A DNA stretch of 64,000 bases from positions 248,239 to 312,238 of IMG/VR virus record IMGVR_UViG_3300045988_155520; one strand, 5' to 3'. The notes beneath the pieces were generated by a model, which saw only the letters and a list, made by a program, of their open reading frames with translations, was not told where the DNA came from and did not search any database. Of this stretch, positions 54,021-62,197 are shown piece after piece. Position numbers and translations under genes: made by a program. Numbering within the stretch: the first letter of the stretch is position 1; the number at the start of each line of letters is the position of its first letter. Source of the stretch: a virus.

Positions 54021-55352
54021 TTATTCAGCGATGCTAATGTTTTGTATTTCAACATGTATTTCTTTAAAATATTCTTCGTCTATTTTTAGATAACATTGAT
54101 TAAGTGCCATTAAAAATTCTTCTTTGCCATTAGAAGATAATGTTGTTTTAATACATATTAATGCATTAGGGTCATCCTCTTTAAGGTTTAAATCATAAAG
54201 AAAATATAGTTTTCGTTGTAAGGTTCCTTTTATTAAACGTTTATATAGAATTGTGTGTTGTATTAAACTTTGTGAAACTTTATCGTTTTCTGAACTTATA
54301 AGTAATCTATTATTACTATTATCAATGACTCGGACATTTTCATTTTCTCCCAATATACTCTTGATACTATTTTCTTCCCATTTATAATCAATAGGGTGGT
54401 TTAATCTGATAAAATCACTTATATTAATTCCTTTCTCATTGAAAACTTCATTGACATATTCATTTCCCTGTTCTATAATATTTAAATTATGTGTTGTATA
54501 GGCTTCTGTAAGTCCGAGTTCATCGTTAACTGTAAATGCAATATGTGATGTTTCTTCACTTTCTTTCTTTGAGAAATCAAATAAGAAATATTGTTTACTA
54601 TTGGTATCATTCACATACGACTCCCAACACGTTTTATTACAATTGAAACACCATTTGGTACGTCCTTCACTTCCTACTAACTTATTACAATCTTTATGCG
54701 ATGTTACATGTACTATAACTACATTGTCCTTGTTGTACACAATAGGAGAATTAGGTGTTGATTTAGTAACAAAACTTATGAAATCTTTTTTATTCCATTT
54801 ATAACTTAAATCCATACACCAAGTGAATACATCTAATAGTTCTGTAATATCATGGAGTGAAGAACATGTAGAAATAAAATTATTTAATTGTTCTTCTGGT
54901 AACTTCTGAAGTTTTGTAAATATTTTATTCCACTTTTTTAACTCTCTTTCTTTACTAATATTTAATATCGAACAATTCTCTAAATTTAGATATTCTTTCA
55001 ATAAATTTCTCTGTATTGTATTAAATTTATTAATGAAAGATTTAACATCGTAAATTAATTGAATGTTCTTTATTTCTTTCTTTAAAATTGTAATTGCATA
55101 ACGAGATGTATAAGCAGTAATAGTATGTTTACTTAATTGACATATCAACTGTTTATGTGACTTTGCCCATGCTAAAATACTCTTTATTTCCTCTACAGTG
55201 CAATATTTTGAATACACTGCATTAACTGCCCATAACTTATAATTTGGACTGTCATAGGTCAAAGAAATAAGTTCTTTGAATGTGTTATCCTCGTCTGTGT
55301 TTATATTGAGTTTGGTGATTAATGGATTTAATATTTTCTTTGAATAATTCAT
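54021..55352 (-). CDS. hypothetical protein
   Basis: 443-aa ORF. Confidence 0.5.
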   Translation of the reverse strand: MNYSKKILNPLITKLNINTDEDNTFKELISLTYDSPNYKLWAVNAVYSKYCTVEEIKSILAWAKSHKQLICQLSKHTITAYTSRYAITILKKEIKNIQLIYDVKSFINKFNTIQRNLLKEYLNLENCSILNISKERELKKWNKIFTKLQKLPEEQLNNFISTCSSLHDITELLDVFTWCMDLSYKWNKKDFISFVTKSTPNSPIVYNKDNVVIVHVTSHKDCNKLVGSEGRTKWCFNCNKTCWESYVNDTNSKQYFLFDFSKKESEETSHIAFTVNDELGLTEAYTTHNLNIIEQGNEYVNEVFNEKGINISDFIRLNHPIDYKWEENSIKSILGENENVRVIDNSNNRLLISSENDKVSQSLIQHTILYKRLIKGTLQRKLYFLYDLNLKEDDPNALICIKTTLSSNGKEEFLMALNQCYLKIDEEYFKEIHVEIQNISIAE

Positions 55353-55538
55353 CTAAAAATTATAATAGAGGTATAGTATCCATGATATTATCATCAAGAA
55401 CACTAAGATTAGGTTAGATATGACACTAAGTCCGCTCTCTTCATTTTTAAACACAATTGCACTAACATATTGTGTTATTCTAAAATGTATATATATAATA
55501 GTTGTTGCAACTACGCAAGATATTACAAAAAGTCTCAT
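55353..55538 (-). CDS. small membrane protein
   Basis: Two hydrophobic segments. Confidence 0.4.
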   Translation of the reverse strand: MRLFVISCVVATTIIYIHFRITQYVSAIVFKNEESGLSVISNLILVFLMIISWILYLYYNF

Positions 55539-55807
55539 TGCCTTATATCTATACTGTTTAAAACAGTTTTTAAACCATTATTTTCAACTACTATATCAAT
55601 GGATTTATACTTGTTTTTACACTCGTTGAGAGCCTTATATATATCCTCTGATAAAGTTTTAGGACTTGTCTCAATATAGGATTTATCTTTACCTATATTA
55701 TCAAATCCCAATAAAAATTTTTCACTTTTATTGATTTTATCCAAATATTGAGATAAGAATAAATTGGATAATGATTTACAGTTAAATTTCAATTCTTCTT
55801 TATTCAT
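55535..55807 (-). CDS. hypothetical protein
   Basis: ORF track. Confidence 0.45.
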   Translation of the reverse strand: MNKEELKFNCKSLSNLFLSQYLDKINKSEKFLLGFDNIGKDKSYIETSPKTLSEDIYKALNECKNKYKSIDIVVENNGLKTVLNSIDIRQ

Positions 55808-55808
55808 G

Positions 55809-56282
55809 CTATTTCTTTTTATATATCATAAATTTAAATTTGATGTTATTTTCTTCTTGGGTCAAAGACTCGTAAATATTTTTCCACTTACTATCTGAAA
55901 AAATATTTAAAGGAAAGTAACTATCCCCTTCTGTTTTATCTTCCACCAGCGTAATATATGCTTCACTAATCAGATTCTCATCTAAAAAAGCATTATAAAT
56001 GGAAGAACCACCGATAACAAATACGTCTTCATTCTTTATATTCAGATGACGCATTAATGTAATCGCTCCATTAATTGAATTAACGAAATGAACACTTGTG
56101 TCTCCAAATTTTTCTGTACATAATTTTGGATTAGACGTAAGGACAATGTTGGTCCTATTCTTAAGGGGCTTCTGATTTGGTAAAGAAAGATACGTATTCA
56201 TACCCATAATGACAGTGTTACCATCCGTAAACCGTTTAAAATTATCCATATCATTTGGAATATGGTAAAGTGAACTACACAC
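55809..56282 (-). pseudogene. folA: dihydrofolate reductase lacking about 20 N-terminal residues
   Basis: LYHIPNDMDNFKRFT aligns with PWNLPADLAWFKRNT. VIMGMNTY, PLKNRTNIVLT, VIGGSSIY and GDSYFP are also present. The beta-strand 1 / IG segment is absent, and the frame hits a stop within the TnpB element end. Confidence 0.7.
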
Positions 56283-56420
56283 AAGTTGAAGACTTGTGTG
56301 CTTCGGGTTTCACTGAGGAATGGTCTTTCAAATGATTGACTCTTACTTCCTCTCCACCCGTGTAATCGACAGTCCCTGCCGATTTTGTATTATTTAAACC
56401 GAAACGAAGAATATTGATTG
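56261..56420 (-). ncRNA. putative TnpB omega RNA (3' end of tnpB plus flanking guide)
   Basis: Position by analogy with IS605 TnpB systems. A perfect 8-bp hairpin cacacaag-tcttcaa-cttgtgtg (56278-56300) sits at the element end. Extent was not mapped. Confidence 0.4.
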
Positions 56421-57483
56421 CTGCATTCACATCACGGTCATGATGACTATGACAATGAGGACACTCCCATTCACGAACCGACAAATCTTTAATGTCTTTG
56501 TAAACATACCCACAGGTACTACAAGTCTGTGAGGATGGGAAGTAACGGTCTATCTTCACGACCTTCTTGTCGTTCCATTCCGCCTTATAGATAAGTATGG
56601 AAACAAAATGTCCCCAACTTGCATCAGAAATGGACTTGGCAAGACGATGATTTCTCGTCATACTCTTAACATTCAAATCTTCGATACAAATTGTATCATA
56701 TCTTCGAACAAGAGAGATAGAGCACTTATGCAGATAGTCGGCACGACTATTGGAAATCTTTTCATGAAGTCTGGCAACTTTGAGTTTTTGGTTTTCAAAC
56801 CCTTTGCTGCCTTTAACTTTGCGAGAAAGATGTTGTTGTGCTTTAGCAAGTTTGCACTCATACCTTTTTGTATATCGGTTATTATTAAAAGTTTCTCCAT
56901 CAGAAGTGGTAAGCAAATCCTTTAAACCCATATCTACACCAATTGACTTGTCAGTCTTCTTAATCGGTGTAATGTATTCTTCTTCCGTGAAGACGGAAAC
57001 AAAATACTTTCCACTTGGTGTCTTGGTAATAGTTACCTTCCCTATTTTACCTTTTATCTCACGGTGTACACGACACTTAATACCTTCCTTGAACTTGCGT
57101 ATGAAAAGTCTACCACATGCTACAGATGCAAATTTTGGAACGGTAAAACTATTTTTGGAGTGTTTGGATTTGAATTTAGGAAACTTAGCACGCTTCTTAA
57201 AGAAATTATTATAGGCTGATTCAAGACTGCGGATTGCAAACTGCAATATTTGGGCATTTACCTCCTTTAACCATGCAGTTTCTTCCTGCTTCTTTAATGT
57301 GGTAAGCGTTTTACACTGCGCATAGAAGTTGTCGCTATTACCAGTGAGCCTATATTGTTCTTTACGTTGATTGAGAAAGTAATTGTACACAAAGCGAGAA
57401 CATCAAAAGTGCTTTGCCAGCAATTCGGTTTGTTCCCTGTTTGGATACAGTCTGAACCTGTATGTTCTGTTAATCTTTCTCAT
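56275..57483 (-). pseudogene. tnpB: IS605-family TnpB with in-frame TGA at codon 27
   Basis: ATG at 57483 gives MRKINRTYRFRLYPNREQTELLAKHF, then TGA (57403-57405), then CSRFVYNY... continuing into the track ORF. RuvC-I IGVDMGLKDL, RuvC-II ICIEDLNV, and CSTCG...CPHCHSHHDRDVNAAINI are present. Confidence 0.85.
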
Positions 57484-57626
57484 AACATTTGCAAAGATAC
57501 TAATTATTTTGTGATTAACAAAACTTTTTCACATATTTTTTGTCATGAAAGAGGACTGCTATCGCAAAACGGTAAAAACCACTCCATATCATAGTGTCTT
57601 ACACTCCACGAACTAAAGACTTGTGG
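56278..57626 (-). mobile_element. IS200/IS605-family TnpB-only element
   Basis: Left-end hairpin ccacaagtctttagttcgtgg (minus strand, 57626-57606) and right-end hairpin cacacaagtcttcaacttgtgtg (56300-56278). An internal -7 box lies at 57492-57499. Confidence 0.6.
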
Positions 57627-57629
57627 GTT

Positions 57630-57923
57630 TTACGGAACTTTACATAATCTTACTATTGATTCAGTTATTATTTTATTCAAAACGTTGTCTAACTCATATT
57701 CTTTTAAATCTTCTAAATTTGGTTTTTCACGCTCTGCTTCTTCTGGCATATTATCCTTCTTGAAGGCATAATCTCTATATACCTTAAATGTATTTTTTTC
57801 TGCCAAATCATATGCATCACTAAAAGGACTATAATATACTAATAATGTCTTAATCTCATACCCATTTGCATCAAGTATCTCTTGAATGGCATGTTTTGAT
57901 AAATTTAAATCGAATCTATTCAT
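57630..57923 (-). CDS. hypothetical protein
   Basis: The start is moved to MNRFDLNL because a -7 box (57943-57950) lies inside the track ORF. Confidence 0.5.
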   Translation of the reverse strand: MNRFDLNLSKHAIQEILDANGYEIKTLLVYYSPFSDAYDLAEKNTFKVYRDYAFKKDNMPEEAEREKPNLEDLKEYELDNVLNKIITESIVRLCKVP

Positions 57924-57985
57924 GTTAATCTTTTTTATAATGCAAAGATACAAGCAAAATATTTTACTACCAAAAATAAAATGTT

Positions 57986-58020
57986 AAAAAAATACAAAAG
58001 CCTTGGAATAACCAAGGCTT
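57986..58020 (-). terminator. hairpin + T-run terminator
   Basis: aagccttgg-5 nt-ccaaggctt followed on the minus strand by ttgtattttttt. Confidence 0.65.
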
Positions 58021-58262
58021 AAATGTTGTTCAAAGCTGATTTGAACATAAGTTTCAAAACTTACTTCACGATAGAATCTGCAGTAACAGTGTCTGCACTA
58101 TCAACTACAGTAGTATCAGAATCCGATAGTTGTTCGTTAACAAATCCTAACACAAGTGTCAGCCTTGTTACTAATCATCCACAGGCATCTCAGCCTGTAG
58201 CGGAGCTATCTCTCATCACCCGTAGCAATATATTACGGGAACCTTTATGTACCTATGTGAAC

Positions 58263-58430
58263 TTACTTCACGATAGAATCCGCAACAACTGAATCTGTAG
58301 AAGCACTATCAGTACTATCGACTACAGTTGTGTCAGAATCTTTTTGCTGAGCCTTACCCTTAACATTGTTTCCACATGAAGCAAAAGTAAGTGCTACGCA
58401 AGCTGTAAATACAAAAATTAAACTCTTCAT
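58263..58430 (-). CDS. 55-aa lipoprotein (not in ORF track)
   Basis: Hand translation gives MKSLIFVFTACVALTFASCGNNVKGKAQQKDSDTTVVDSTDSASTDSVVADSIVK. Confidence 0.55.
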   Translation of the reverse strand: MKSLIFVFTACVALTFASCGNNVKGKAQQKDSDTTVVDSTDSASTDSVVADSIVK

Positions 58431-58555
58431 TTTATAAAATATTTATTTAAAAATTGGTATCAGAGTAATATCCTCAACCGTTATTATTATGTGATTTCAA
58501 AATCACTTTGCAAATATACTATATTTATTTCAATTATACAAATTATTTTCTAAAT

Positions 58556-59173
58556 TTAATATACAAAGTTATCTTTTTGATGAAATTCTTGACGTAACTC
58601 AAGTAATCTTGTGTGAAATCCTAATTTAAAATTCTCCAGAAATAAACGTAATTTCATTTTAAAAGGTATAATACCTGCTTTCACAGCAGCACCTTTAATC
58701 AGTTTATCATGATTAAACGCCCAACGCATTTTATCTATATTTTTTAGGTTAACCCAAGCAATCGCACCTACTTCGTTCTTCTCCATATTCTGTTTTGAAA
58801 ACTTAAAGTCATCAATAATTGCATGCTGATACACCGCATAATATCTAAATGTAATATTCTGACGCTTATCATCATTAGGGTCATCATTAAAAGACCAAAA
58901 CTTAATTAAATGTGATGGTACTTTTATTCCTGTCTCTTCAAGTGTTTCACGCTGTGCTGCTTCTTTGGTTGTTTCGTTATAATCAAGATAGCCACACTGA
59001 CAATTCCATGCATTAATCAATTCTGGGTCAGGCGTACCTTCGCCACGCTGTGAAGCCAAGACGCACCATTCACCACGCAAGTTCTTGCAAAACACAAACA
59101 TGACAACGCTTACTGAACGGCTAATCCAATGTTCTTGTCCTTTATTGTCTTTTAACGAAAAATTATTCATCAT
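58556..59173 (-). CDS. Nudix hydrolase
   Basis: Perfect Nudix box GYLDYNETTKEAAQRETLEETGI (GX5EX7REUXEEXGU). Confidence 0.8.
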   Translation of the reverse strand: MMNNFSLKDNKGQEHWISRSVSVVMFVFCKNLRGEWCVLASQRGEGTPDPELINAWNCQCGYLDYNETTKEAAQRETLEETGIKVPSHLIKFWSFNDDPNDDKRQNITFRYYAVYQHAIIDDFKFSKQNMEKNEVGAIAWVNLKNIDKMRWAFNHDKLIKGAAVKAGIIPFKMKLRLFLENFKLGFHTRLLELRQEFHQKDNFVY

Positions 59174-59510
59174 TTAAATCTATTAATTCAATATTATAAT
59201 ATAGGTCGTTAGATAATCTTTTACATAGTGTAGTAAAAAAATCAACCAATTTACTAAGATTACCAGATAAAACTCCACATGATATAACAACACTTTCTAT
59301 ATTTGAATATCTGGAGAGTTTATAACTAATATTATAATCAAGTACATTTTCTTTTAATTTTAAAAAAGAAAATATTATATCAATTAGTCCTTCATGTCTA
59401 ACTTTAGTCACTGATATGAATTTCTTAATATCTTTTCTTTTTATTTTCTCTTTTCTTATTATTCTATCTTTTACAGACATCAATATCTTATATTCGTCTT
59501 CATTTGTCAT
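59163..59510 (-). CDS. hypothetical protein
   Basis: ORF track. Confidence 0.45.
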   Translation of the reverse strand: MTNEDEYKILMSVKDRIIRKEKIKRKDIKKFISVTKVRHEGLIDIIFSFLKLKENVLDYNISYKLSRYSNIESVVISCGVLSGNLSKLVDFFTTLCKRLSNDLYYNIELIDLNDE

Positions 59511-59558
59511 ATGTTTGATGTGTATGTTTTAAAATCGTTACATTTTGTAACGCTTTGA

Positions 59559-59594
59559 GTTTATATTACCTTGCGGTTTATTATTTCTAACAAT
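59559..59594 (-). repeat. solitary copy of the 36-nt mini-array repeat (module C)
   Basis: gtttatattaccttgcggtttattatttctaacaat matches repeat A2 at 29 of 36 positions. It is followed on the leader side (59595-59688) by a diverged copy of the conserved leader. Confidence 0.55.
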
Positions 59595-59722
59595 CGACTA
59601 TCTATAACTTCTTGATAAATAAATAATTATATTACATTTTCTTTCAAAAATTCACTATCAAACACTATATCCATATCTAATTTACTCATTTTTTGTTTCA
59701 TCATCTTTTCAAATATCAATTG

Positions 59723-59730
59723 CAAATTTA
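59723..59730 (-). promoter_or_regulatory. -7 box TAAATTTG upstream of module C
   Basis: Lies between the terminator at 59827-59852 and the module. A 7-bp hairpin (59536-59552) follows the repeat. Confidence 0.4.
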
Positions 59731-59826
59731 ACTAAATGTTTTTATTTAACCAAATATTAATAGTTAACAAATATTAAATTAATATGTTCAGATAGATAAC
59801 TCAAAAATACTTGAATATAAATTAAT

Positions 59827-59852
59827 AAAAAAAGAGTGGCTAACAACCACTC
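59827..59852 (-). terminator. hairpin + T-run terminator downstream of nadD
   Basis: agagtgg-6 nt-ccactct with T-runs on both strands. Confidence 0.55.
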
Positions 59853-60166
59853 TTAACTTTTTTGTTTCGTTACATGCAAGGGGTAAGTCCAGCCTGTATA
59901 ACTTTACCATAAGTCATTTCCATTCTATTACAATACCACTTGAATGTCTTTTTTAATAAATTCAACATAATCCTTACTTCACTATTTTTTTATAATTATT
60001 TCCAAATTAAGCCTATAATAAACTCATTTGCAATAATATATATTTGTTGAATTTAATATATATCGTTTTTGATATGCCTATTTTATAAAAATGCTATTAT
60101 TCTTGATTAAAGTCAAAGTTGATTGAAAAAATGTATAACTTTATATATTTCTCGTTCAATAAAATG

Positions 60167-60730
60167 TTAATGATATAAATTCAACTCTTTTATCAACTTT
60201 TCATTTTCAGCATTTATATATGGAAAAAAAATTTTCTTTTCTTTTACCATTCGTCTTATGTATGTCGAGGAAATAGGAATAACAATATCTTGTTCTATTG
60301 GTATCGCATAATCTGGAATTTCATCCGTCTTATTTCTTTTTAATCCAACAATAGAAAAATATGGTTCTATATCTGAATTATAATTTTTCCATTTCGGTAT
60401 GTCATTAACACAATCAGAACCAGCTATGATAAATAACTCATTGTCTTTGTATTTCTCTCTAAGAAGCGATAATACTTTATATGAATAGTTTGTACCATCA
60501 ACCAATAATTCATCCTTAGAAAGGCAGCATTTATCTCCAAAATGTGAAATTGCATTCTCTATCATTTGGCAACGATAAGCAAAATCAGTAGCTTTAGAAT
60601 CCTTCCATGGATTCTGAACAGTTGGTACAACTATCACTTTGTCAAAGTCACTATTCAGTACACTATTAATCATTTGCACATGACCAATATGTATCGGGTC
60701 GAAACTACCAAGCAAAAATCCTATTTTCAT
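60167..60730 (-). CDS. nadD: nicotinate/nicotinamide mononucleotide adenylyltransferase
   Basis: GSFDPIHIGH (HxGH), NPWK, SYKVL and ISSTYIR match NadD motifs. Confidence 0.8.
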   Translation of the reverse strand: MKIGFLLGSFDPIHIGHVQMINSVLNSDFDKVIVVPTVQNPWKDSKATDFAYRCQMIENAISHFGDKCCLSKDELLVDGTNYSYKVLSLLREKYKDNELFIIAGSDCVNDIPKWKNYNSDIEPYFSIVGLKRNKTDEIPDYAIPIEQDIVIPISSTYIRRMVKEKKIFFPYINAENEKLIKELNLYH

Positions 60731-60733
60731 ATT

Positions 60734-61378
60734 CTATCTAATGTTTATAAAGTCACACATAAGACATTCTTCTTTATCATTATTTATATATTCCTGATAA
60801 TTTTTCTTATTGTGAAATTTTGCATACAACCAAGGATACCAATCATCTGCCATATTCAGAATCATATTAATTCCTTTTTCAAAAATTGCTTTACCAAAAA
60901 ATCTTGTAGTACTTGAATATAAGTCTAAAAGAGGAATATCATCATGTTTAAAATCATGTATTCTTACCCAATCATACTTTCTTCTTCCGCCAAAGAAATA
61001 AACATTTGTAAATAAAGTTTCAATAGAAGTACAAAACTTATCAAATAGTATTTCTTTCCAAGCAGAATTTTTCTCTCGCTTTGATAGATTATCTTCTTCA
61101 AGTATAATTCTTACATAGGAATCTGTCTTACTATTAAGATAATGTAAAAACTCGTACACACCATTTAGGTCAATGTTATATACCATTGCACCATGTCGTA
61201 CTTCTAAGTTACCATCATCGCTAAACCACACTCTAAGGTCAAATACTCTAATATTATAATTTTCGTATTGTTCCTTATAATTCACTTTCTGACATTTAGC
61301 GGTAAAAATGAAAGGATACATATACCACTTCTTCGGTCTAAGATAACTTAAACTATTATGAGAACCTAATAATTTCAT
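60734..61378 (-). CDS. possible PLC-like phosphodiesterase (PI-PLC X-domain-like)
   Basis: The N-terminal LLGSHNSLSY and FDLRV resemble the catalytic His region of the PLC-like TIM-barrel family. Weak. Confidence 0.3.
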   Translation of the reverse strand: MKLLGSHNSLSYLRPKKWYMYPFIFTAKCQKVNYKEQYENYNIRVFDLRVWFSDDGNLEVRHGAMVYNIDLNGVYEFLHYLNSKTDSYVRIILEEDNLSKREKNSAWKEILFDKFCTSIETLFTNVYFFGGRRKYDWVRIHDFKHDDIPLLDLYSSTTRFFGKAIFEKGINMILNMADDWYPWLYAKFHNKKNYQEYINNDKEECLMCDFINIR

Positions 61379-61809
61379 CTATTGATAAGTAATAATTTAT
61401 TGAATCTTTGATAAAATAAATCCTGTAATTCATGTAAATACTTGAATGTCTTATCACCTACAGAACTATCTGTATCTTTTATATTATAAGCATTGGCTAA
61501 CCAAAAAGATGTACACTCATTATCCGTAGCAACTATATAGCTTTCTATAATACTATCTGGAACTTTATATGTAGGTGTTTCAGTATTTAATTCACGTTTA
61601 AATCCGAAATCATTTAATATGTCTTCGTCAATTCTAACAGGCGCAATATCTTTAATATCAACTTCCCACATATCTCCTTCGTTATTATCGAAGTCAAGAT
61701 AAATAGTGCCATCATTAAGAATGCCTGCAATGTACATTGGCATAGTTAGTCTCCCAAAACTTGTGACCGTACAAACGGTATAACCTATTTTTAAATCTTG
61801 TACTATCAT
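61375..61809 (-). CDS. hypothetical protein
   Basis: ORF track. Confidence 0.45.
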   Translation of the reverse strand: MIVQDLKIGYTVCTVTSFGRLTMPMYIAGILNDGTIYLDFDNNEGDMWEVDIKDIAPVRIDEDILNDFGFKRELNTETPTYKVPDSIIESYIVATDNECTSFWLANAYNIKDTDSSVGDKTFKYLHELQDLFYQRFNKLLLINR

Positions 61810-61944
61810 TCTTTAAAACTATTTTTTATATGATTTGCAGATAAAATTCCAACAATAATACAAATAATTATAGTGATAAAACTTGCATCCATAATTTTTT
61901 GTTGAATATATATTTTTTGCTTATTGGAACAACATTAAAAATAG

Positions 61945-62016
61945 TAACGCCAACGGGACTCGAACCCGTGACTCCACCGTGAAAGGGTGGCGACTTAACC
62001 ACTTGTCGATGGCGCT
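61945..62016 (-). tRNA. tRNA-Glu (anticodon TTC)
   Basis: Hand-folded cloverleaf: acceptor AGCGCCA/TGGCGTT, anticodon arm CCACC-CTTTCAC-GGTGG, T arm ACGGG-TTCGAGT-CCCGT. Confidence 0.8.
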
Positions 62017-62025
62017 ATAAAAATG

Positions 62026-62096
62026 AGCGAGCGAACGGAATCGAACCGTCACACCCAGCTTGGAAGGCTGGAACACTACCATTATGCTACGCTCGC
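62026..62096 (-). tRNA. tRNA-Gly (anticodon TCC)
   Basis: Acceptor GCGAGCG/CGCTCGC, anticodon arm CCAGC-CTTCCAA-GCTGG, T loop TTCGATT. Confidence 0.8.
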
Positions 62097-62116
62097 AATC
62101 TGCATTTTTTTTAATG

Positions 62117-62197
62117 TGAGTAGTGGTGGTTTTGAACTACCGAAACTATAAGCAGCAGATTTACAGTCTACCGTATATGAAAATCTACGCAAATCTC
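62117..62197 (-). tRNA. degenerate tRNA-Tyr-like sequence (anticodon GTA), possibly a pseudogene
   Basis: The 3' two-thirds closely resemble bacterial tRNA-Tyr (GTAGA-CTGTAAA-TCTGC, long variable arm, GGTAG-TTCAAAA-CCACC). The best 5' strand, GAGATTT, pairs at only 4 of 7 acceptor positions, and the D loop lacks GG. Confidence 0.35.

Noticed and set aside
57403-57405. Genome-wide UGA reassignment (to Gly or Trp) as the explanation for the TGA in tnpB.
   Set aside because: IscB, Pnkp, PncB, CCA and all other long ORFs are intact under the standard code, and many use TGA as their terminal stop. No tRNA with a UCA anticodon is seen in the window.
56278-57626. IStron (group I intron plus TnpB) interpretation, in which the element is spliced out of the DHFR mRNA.
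   Set aside because: No DHFR exon 1 exists upstream of the left end, where the preceding gene's stop codon lies 3 nt away. Only about 120 nt lie between the left end and the tnpB start, which is too little for a group I ribozyme core.
58190-58215. Hammerhead ribozyme core (GUGAUGAG resembles CUGAUGAG) in the structured insert.
   Set aside because: The first core base differs. I found no partner GAAA box or correctly placed three-stem junction.
58023-58292. 89-aa plus-strand ORF in the 58-kb gap.
   Set aside because: It is antisense to the lipoprotein 3' end, its duplicated copy and the structured insert. There is no start context. The minus-strand terminator and promoter signals explain the region better.
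58061-58330. Diversity-generating retroelement (VR/TR pair) as the explanation for the duplicated 3' coding end.
   Set aside because: The two copies differ by an indel of about 15 nt rather than by adenine-specific substitutions. No reverse transcriptase or accessory gene is present in the window.
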